Below, piece after piece: positions 59,464-64,000 of a stretch of 64,000 bases of DNA. The position numbers were made by a program, and so were the translations under genes. Within the stretch, counting starts at the first letter, position 1. Every line of letters starts with the position of its first letter. The stretch lies in NCBI GenBank assembly GCA_009694805.1, contig SICM01000001.1:23657-87656 (forward strand). Direction: 5' to 3'. Source of the stretch: Candidatus Latescibacterota bacterium (lineage in GTDB: Bacteria > Latescibacterota > UBA2968 > SICM01). Under the pieces are notes generated by a model, which was given only the letters and a program-made list of their open reading frames with translations, searched no databases and had not been told where the DNA came from.

Positions 59464-61866
59464 ATGGAGTCTCCCATGCGCGAACACCGTTCCCCCAACC
59501 CGCTCGTGGACTCCCGCCGCCCGAAGAACGGCGCGGAGGCCGACCTGAACCCCCCCGGCTTCGTCTGGAGGCCCGTCCCTGACGCGACGCACTATGAGCT
59601 TCGCGTCGGCAAGAGCGCCAGCCTGGCCGCACGCTCATCCCGCAACTACGAAGTGAGGGGTCGCACCCTTTTCCTCCTGTCTGAACCCCTGGAGCCCGGC
59701 GTCTACCAATGGCGCTGGCGGGCCCTCGGCTGCGGGCAGGATAAGGCATGGAGCGAGACCTTCTCCTTCACTGTGACCCCGGAGACGCCTCGCCTCACCA
59801 TTCCGACCGGCCGCGAGGTCGTCACCCGGATCAGCCCCGCCCACCCCCGCCACATGCTGCCCGCCTCCCGGCTGGACGCCTTCCGGACCCTCTGCCAGGG
59901 GGCGCTGAACAAGGAATGGGAGCAGTTCCGGGCGCAGGCCGAAGAGCGGCTGCGCGAGGATTTCCGGATGCCCGAACCTCCCTTCCTCCCCAGCCGGGCC
60001 ACGGACCACGACACCTGGGGGCGGCTCTGGCGGGACGCCATGAACCACTCCCGGGTCATGGCCACCGACGCCCAGAACTTCGGCCTCGTCTACCTGATCG
60101 GCGGGGAGGAGCGGTTCGGCCGGGCCGCCGTGGAGCGCCTCCTGGAGTTCGCGAAGTGGGACCCGGACGGTGCCACCTCCATCCCCCACAACGACGAGCC
60201 CCACATGTCCATCATCAACTGGGCTCAGCGCGCCTACGACTGGGCCTTCGCCGCCGCGACGGAGGACGAGCGGGAGACCATCCGTGAGGCGTTCCGGGGG
60301 CGGGGCATCCGCACGCACCAGCTCCTCGTCCGGCAGGACTACGGCGTCCTCGGCTCCGGCAGCCACTCCGGCCGGATGCTCGGCTTCCTGGGCGAGCTGG
60401 CCGTCGTGTTCGCGGGCGAACTCCGCGAGGCCGGGGACTGGTTCGACTTCGTCCTCCCCACCACCGCCGCCATGTATCCCTGGTGGGGCGGAAAGGACGG
60501 CGGGTGGGCCGAGGGCGTCTCCTACTCCACCGGCTACTGCGAGCGCTTCCTGAACTTCCTGTTCGGCCTCCGCGAGGCTGCGGGCATCGACCTGTATCAG
60601 AAACCCTTCTTCCGGCATCAGGGCGAGTGGCGGCTGATGTGCGTCCCCCCCAACGCCCGCCTCCTCCCGTTCGGCGACGGCCGGACCGGCGGCAGGGGCC
60701 TCGTCCGGGGCAACTACGGCATCCAGTTCCACCTGGGTCACATCCACGGCGACGGGCGCTTCCTCGAACACGCCGAGCAGATCGCGAAGCTCGGCGACGG
60801 CCCCCCGCCCATCACCCCGCTCACCTTTCTCACCCCCAGGCAGCAGGTCCCCCTCACCGGCCTGCCTCAGTCCGCCGCGCAGCTCTTCCGGGACATCGGC
60901 TGGCTCTCCATCCGAACGAACCTCCGGGACCCCGGCGAGGACGTCCGTTTCACGATGCGCGCCTCCCCCTACGGCACGACCTCCCACTCCCACGCGGACC
61001 ACAACTCCTTCGTGATCGAGGCCTTCGGTGAGCCCCTGGCCATCCCCAGCGGCCTCTACAGCCTCTACAGCAGCGCCCACCACCACGGCTGGACGCGCCA
61101 GACCCGGGCGCACAACGCCGTCACCTTCGACGGGGCCGGCCAGATCGTGCGGAGCAACGACGCCGTCGGGCGCTTCACCGCCTTCCACACGGACCCCACC
61201 TTCACCCACGCCGTGGGCGATGCGACTGTTGCCTACGGCGACCGCGTCAGATCCTGCACGCGGACGGTCCTCTGCCTGGACAACCGCTTCTTCGCCCTCG
61301 TGGACCACATGGAGCCCACGCACGAGGCGATGTGGGGCTGGCACCTCCACGCCGCGAAGCCGATGCAGGTGGACACGCAGGGCCGCCGCGCCCTGATTCA
61401 ATACGACAGAGCCGCCCTCGACGTCGTCTTCTGCCACCGGGACGGCCTCCACTTCCGGGCCCACGAAGGGTTCGACTTCCAGCCCTTCGGCTACGGCCCC
61501 GGCGAGCAGCCCGTCCCGGAGGAGGCCGCCCTCTACCATCTCGACGTCCACGCCGAGATGCCCAGGCGTATAGATGATCTGTTGACCATCCTCTTCCCGC
61601 GCAAGGTAGCCGATCCCGCACCCGTCATCACCCCCCTGCTGGACGGGACGGGCGAGGGTGCACGGATCGAGACCGATGGAAAGCGCTACCGCATCTTCAT
61701 CCGCCGGAACGCCGGGGCCATCGACCTGGACGGCTGCCAGTCCGACGCGGAGATCGTCGCCCTGTTCGAGGACAGTGGCCACCTCCTTCGCGCCGTCTGC
61801 ATAGGCGGGACGCAGCTCTCCCTCAACGGTCAGCCGGTCTCACCGGACATCACCACGGTGATTTAG
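59464..61866 (+). CDS. Heparinase II/III-like protein with DUF4962-like N-terminal domain
   Basis: 800 aa. N-terminal ...NPPGFVWRPVPDATHYELRV... (DUF4962-type). C-terminal TSHSHADHNSFVIEAFGEPLAIPSG...HNAVTFDG (heparinase II/III-like). An alternative start lies at 59476. Confidence 0.85.
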   Translation: MESPMREHRSPNPLVDSRRPKNGAEADLNPPGFVWRPVPDATHYELRVGKSASLAARSSRNYEVRGRTLFLLSEPLEPGVYQWRWRALGCGQDKAWSETFSFTVTPETPRLTIPTGREVVTRISPAHPRHMLPASRLDAFRTLCQGALNKEWEQFRAQAEERLREDFRMPEPPFLPSRATDHDTWGRLWRDAMNHSRVMATDAQNFGLVYLIGGEERFGRAAVERLLEFAKWDPDGATSIPHNDEPHMSIINWAQRAYDWAFAAATEDERETIREAFRGRGIRTHQLLVRQDYGVLGSGSHSGRMLGFLGELAVVFAGELREAGDWFDFVLPTTAAMYPWWGGKDGGWAEGVSYSTGYCERFLNFLFGLREAAGIDLYQKPFFRHQGEWRLMCVPPNARLLPFGDGRTGGRGLVRGNYGIQFHLGHIHGDGRFLEHAEQIAKLGDGPPPITPLTFLTPRQQVPLTGLPQSAAQLFRDIGWLSIRTNLRDPGEDVRFTMRASPYGTTSHSHADHNSFVIEAFGEPLAIPSGLYSLYSSAHHHGWTRQTRAHNAVTFDGAGQIVRSNDAVGRFTAFHTDPTFTHAVGDATVAYGDRVRSCTRTVLCLDNRFFALVDHMEPTHEAMWGWHLHAAKPMQVDTQGRRALIQYDRAALDVVFCHRDGLHFRAHEGFDFQPFGYGPGEQPVPEEAALYHLDVHAEMPRRIDDLLTILFPRKVADPAPVITPLLDGTGEGARIETDGKRYRIFIRRNAGAIDLDGCQSDAEIVALFEDSGHLLRAVCIGGTQLSLNGQPVSPDITTVI

Positions 61867-61880
61867 ACCCCTCCCTCCGG

Positions 61881-61904
61881 CCCCCTCTCCCCCGGGAGAG
61901 GGGG
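61881..61904 (+). terminator. GC hairpin downstream of the heparinase gene (ccccctctccc-cc-gggagaggggg)
   Basis: 11-nt inverted repeat 15 nt after the stop at 61866. It belongs to the CCCTCTCCC/GGGAGAGGG family. No clear U-tract, so terminator function is inferred. Confidence 0.45.
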
Positions 61905-62090
61905 AGAATCGGTCCTATAGCAGTCCTGAAGATCCGTCCCCAAGGCAGCGCGGCGTCGGAATCCCCCTTTACAATGTCCCCTCAGAGGCAACGCCCCTAT
62001 CGCGGCCATCCACTCCCCGATCTGACAGGGGGAGCATTTACGCCGCGCTCAAGCCCCTCGCGGCGTCTGAGCGAGCGTGCTTCTTTGGCC

Positions 62091-62120
62091 CCACCTTTCT
62101 TGCACGAGCAAGAAAGGTGG
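62091..62120. repeat. Perfect 13-bp stem hairpin (ccacctttcttgc-acga-gcaagaaaggtgg) in the 370-nt leader upstream of the NYN gene
   Basis: Read directly. It is followed by a second hairpin, gatagggc...gccctatc (62140-62170). Confidence 0.8.
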
Positions 62121-62236
62121 GAAACCTGCTCGTTAAAACGATAGGGCCCGGCTTTTCAACCGCGCCCTATCAACGGACTCTTATCCATCACCCTGTTCAT
62201 CCACCCCCACCACCCCCCTCAAACGAAAGAAACCCC

Positions 62237-63049
62237 ATGCCCGGCCAACCCGAGATCAAGAACATGGCGCTCTTCTGCGACTTCGAGAACATCGCGCTCG
62301 GCGTGCGCGAGGCGAAGTATCCCCAGTTCGACATCAAGCGGGTGCTGGAACGGCTGCTGCTCAAGGGCAGCATCGTCGTTCGCAAGGCCTATTGCGACTG
62401 GGAGCGCTACAAGGAGTTCAAGACGACCATGCACGAGGCCGCCTTCGAACTGATCGAGATCCCGCACGTGCGCCAGTCGGGTAAAAACTCCGCCGACATC
62501 CGCATGGTGGTCGACGCCCTCGACCTCTGCTACACCAAGTCCCACGTGGACACCTTCGTCGTCATCAGCGGAGACTCGGACTTCTCGCCGCTCGTGGCGA
62601 AGCTGCGCGAGAACAACAAGCTCGTGATCGGGGTCGGCGTCAAGAAATCCACCTCGGACCTGCTCACCGCCGCCTGCGACGAGTTCATCTACTACGACGA
62701 CCTCGTGCTGGAGGAGGCCCAGAAGAAAAAACGCACGGCGCGGAAACCCGCCCGATCCACCGCCAGGGAAGAGACCCCGGCGAAGAAGGACGAGGAGGAC
62801 AGACGGCAGGAGGCCCTCGACCTCATGGTGGAGACGGTCGAGGCCCTGCAGGCCGAGCGCGGCGAGGAGGACCCCGTGTGGGGCTCGATGGTCAAGCAGG
62901 CGCTCAAACGCCGAAAACCGGGCTTCAACGAATCCCACTATGGCTTCCGCTCCTTCAGCGCCCTGCTGGAGGAGGCCGCCCGTCGCGGCATGGTCCGGCT
63001 GGAGCGCGACGAACGCTCAGGGGGGCACCTCATCCACCTGCTCGACTGA
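62237..63049 (+). CDS. NYN (LabA-like) domain protein with C-terminal OST-HTH/LOTUS domain
   Basis: Start MPGQPEIKNMALFCDFENI at 62237. NYN core ...GKNSADIRMVVDA...FVVISGDSDFSPLV..., a K/E/R-rich linker, and an OST-HTH-like tail (...GFRSFSALLEEAARRGMV...). Confidence 0.85.
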   Translation: MPGQPEIKNMALFCDFENIALGVREAKYPQFDIKRVLERLLLKGSIVVRKAYCDWERYKEFKTTMHEAAFELIEIPHVRQSGKNSADIRMVVDALDLCYTKSHVDTFVVISGDSDFSPLVAKLRENNKLVIGVGVKKSTSDLLTAACDEFIYYDDLVLEEAQKKKRTARKPARSTAREETPAKKDEEDRRQEALDLMVETVEALQAERGEEDPVWGSMVKQALKRRKPGFNESHYGFRSFSALLEEAARRGMVRLERDERSGGHLIHLLD

Positions 63050-63069
63050 GAAACCTGTATCAAAACCAT

Positions 63070-63097
63070 AGGGGCAGGCACAGGGGCCTGCCCCTAC
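63070..63097. terminator. GTAGGGGC-type REP hairpin between convergent genes, identical to 38751-38778
   Basis: aggggcaggcacaggggcctgcccctac, 21 nt after the NYN gene stop and 22 nt before the stop of the minus-strand dehydrogenase. Confidence 0.6.
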
Positions 63098-63119
63098 AGG
63101 AATTCCCTCTGGTCCCCCC

Positions 63120-64000
63120 TCATTGAATCTTGTACCCCAGCCGCTTGTCGATCACATTCATCAACGGCTCCCCCTTCGCGAACCGGCGCAGGTTCTCCAC
63201 GAGCACGGACTCGATGTTGTCCACCCCCTCATGGGACCGTCCCGCCACGTGCGACGTGATCACCACGTTGGGCATGTCCCACAGCGGGCTCTCCTGGGAC
63301 AGCGGCTCCTGCTCGAACACGTCCAGCCCGGCCCCGGCGATCTCCCCCGCCTTCAGCGCCTCGACCAGATCCGCCTCGGCGATGATCGGTCCCCGCGCGA
63401 TGTTGAGCACGTACGCCGTCGGTTTCATCATCCTCAGCCGCTCCCGGTTCACCAGCCCCTTCGTCCGCTCCGTCAGCGGCAGCCCCACCAGGATCGCGTC
63501 CGACTCCCGGAACACCGTCTCCATCCGGTCCGGCCCGAACACCGCATCCACCCCCTCCGGCGGCGACTTCACCTGCGCGTCCAGCGCGATCACCCGCATG
63601 CCGAACGCCTTCGCCCGAACGGCCACGGCCCTTCCGATGGTCCCCAGGCCCAGCACCCCCATCGTCTTCCCCGCGAGCTGCATCACCGGCACCTCCCGCG
63701 ACCACCCGCGCGTCTTCTGAAGGTCGTGATACTCCCGCATCGCCCGCGTCAGCGACAGCAGCAGCGCGAAGGTGTGCTCCGCCATCGCCGCGTCGAACGC
63801 CCCGGCCGTGTTCGTGATGGTCACGTCGCTCCCGATCATCTCCGGATAGAGCATCGTCTCGAACCCCACCCCGATGCTCTGCACCCACCGCAGCTTCTTC
63901 GCGGCCAGAAACGGCTCCTTCGGAAGCCGTCCGAACACCACGTCCGCGTCCGCGATCTCCTTCACGAGCCGGTCCGTCTCCGTGGCCAGCGCCACGTCAT
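63120..64000 (-). CDS. D-isomer-specific 2-hydroxyacid dehydrogenase family protein; N-terminus outside the window
   Basis: NAD motif GVLGLGTIGRAVA, catalytic-domain motifs ...NIARGPII... and ...ITSHVAG. The frame stays open to the window edge. Confidence 0.9.
   Translation of the reverse strand, partial: DVALATETDRLVKEIADADVVFGRLPKEPFLAAKKLRWVQSIGVGFETMLYPEMIGSDVTITNTAGAFDAAMAEHTFALLLSLTRAMREYHDLQKTRGWSREVPVMQLAGKTMGVLGLGTIGRAVAVRAKAFGMRVIALDAQVKSPPEGVDAVFGPDRMETVFRESDAILVGLPLTERTKGLVNRERLRMMKPTAYVLNIARGPIIAEADLVEALKAGEIAGAGLDVFEQEPLSQESPLWDMPNVVITSHVAGRSHEGVDNIESVLVENLRRFAKGEPLMNVIDKRLGYKIQ

Noticed and set aside
1-64000. Search for tRNA, rRNA, tmRNA, integrase, transposase or phage structural genes that could define the AT-rich islets as mobile islands.
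   Set aside because: None were recognised by eye in any intergenic region or ORF. The islets are therefore called only by composition and gene content. A tRNAscan-SE/Infernal run would be needed to exclude small RNAs formally.

Overview
High-G+C bacterial chromosomal segment. The gene content (three heparinase II/III-like proteins, a sulfatase-like enzyme, FG-GAP and dockerin-like modules, many peptidases) suggests an uncultured polymer-degrading heterotroph, but the taxon cannot be assigned from sequence alone. I support about 55 protein-coding genes and found no rRNA, tRNA or CRISPR array by eye. Nearly all long alternative-frame ORFs in the track are GC-driven shadow ORFs. Layout: (1) 1-4.7 kb holds housekeeping and secreted-protein genes. 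(2) 4.74-6.16 kb is a visibly AT-richer islet with a class II Fic gene behind an array of 12-bp-spaced GGACATG boxes. (3) 6.2-35.6 kb is a roughly 29-kb run of minus-strand genes, often joined by ATGA/GTGA stop-start overlaps. It is rich in enolase-superfamily enzymes, metallopeptidases and amidases, sugar oxidoreductases and an ABC importer. It also contains an out-of-context tex gene bracketed by a duplicated gene 5' end. (4) 35.65-38.32 kb is an AT-richer defence-like cassette: BrnT/BrnA, a PD-(D/E)xK protein, a 4xCxxC zinc-ribbon protein, and a Dam-type methyltransferase split by a ~203-bp MITE with terminal inverted repeats and a target-site duplication. (5) 38.9-44.6 kb carries a giant heparinase/FG-GAP protein and a hypothetical gene. 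(6) 44.6-45.5 kb is an AT-richer PIN toxin-antitoxin islet with a frameshifted toxin. (7) 45.5-57.3 kb is an envelope-related minus-strand block: ceramidase-like enzyme, two PhyH paralogues, O-antigen-ligase/TPR protein, HEAT protein, a 12-repeat beta-solenoid-like protein, VanZ-like protein and a sulfatase-like enzyme. An A9 homopolymer cuts the beta-solenoid protein off from its lipoprotein signal peptide. (8) 57.5-64 kb holds plus-strand SDR, threonine aldolase, heparinase/DUF4962 and NYN/OST-HTH genes, then a partial 2-hydroxyacid dehydrogenase. The most pervasive unexplained signal is a family of elements built from tandem heptanucleotides, often arranged as inverted blocks. With GTAGGGGC-type and CCCTCTCCC-type hairpins they fill intergenic spacers, and in several cases they are read through in frame inside proteins. 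All calls come from reading the sequence and ORF track. No searches or computations were run, and repeat boundaries are accurate to a few nt.
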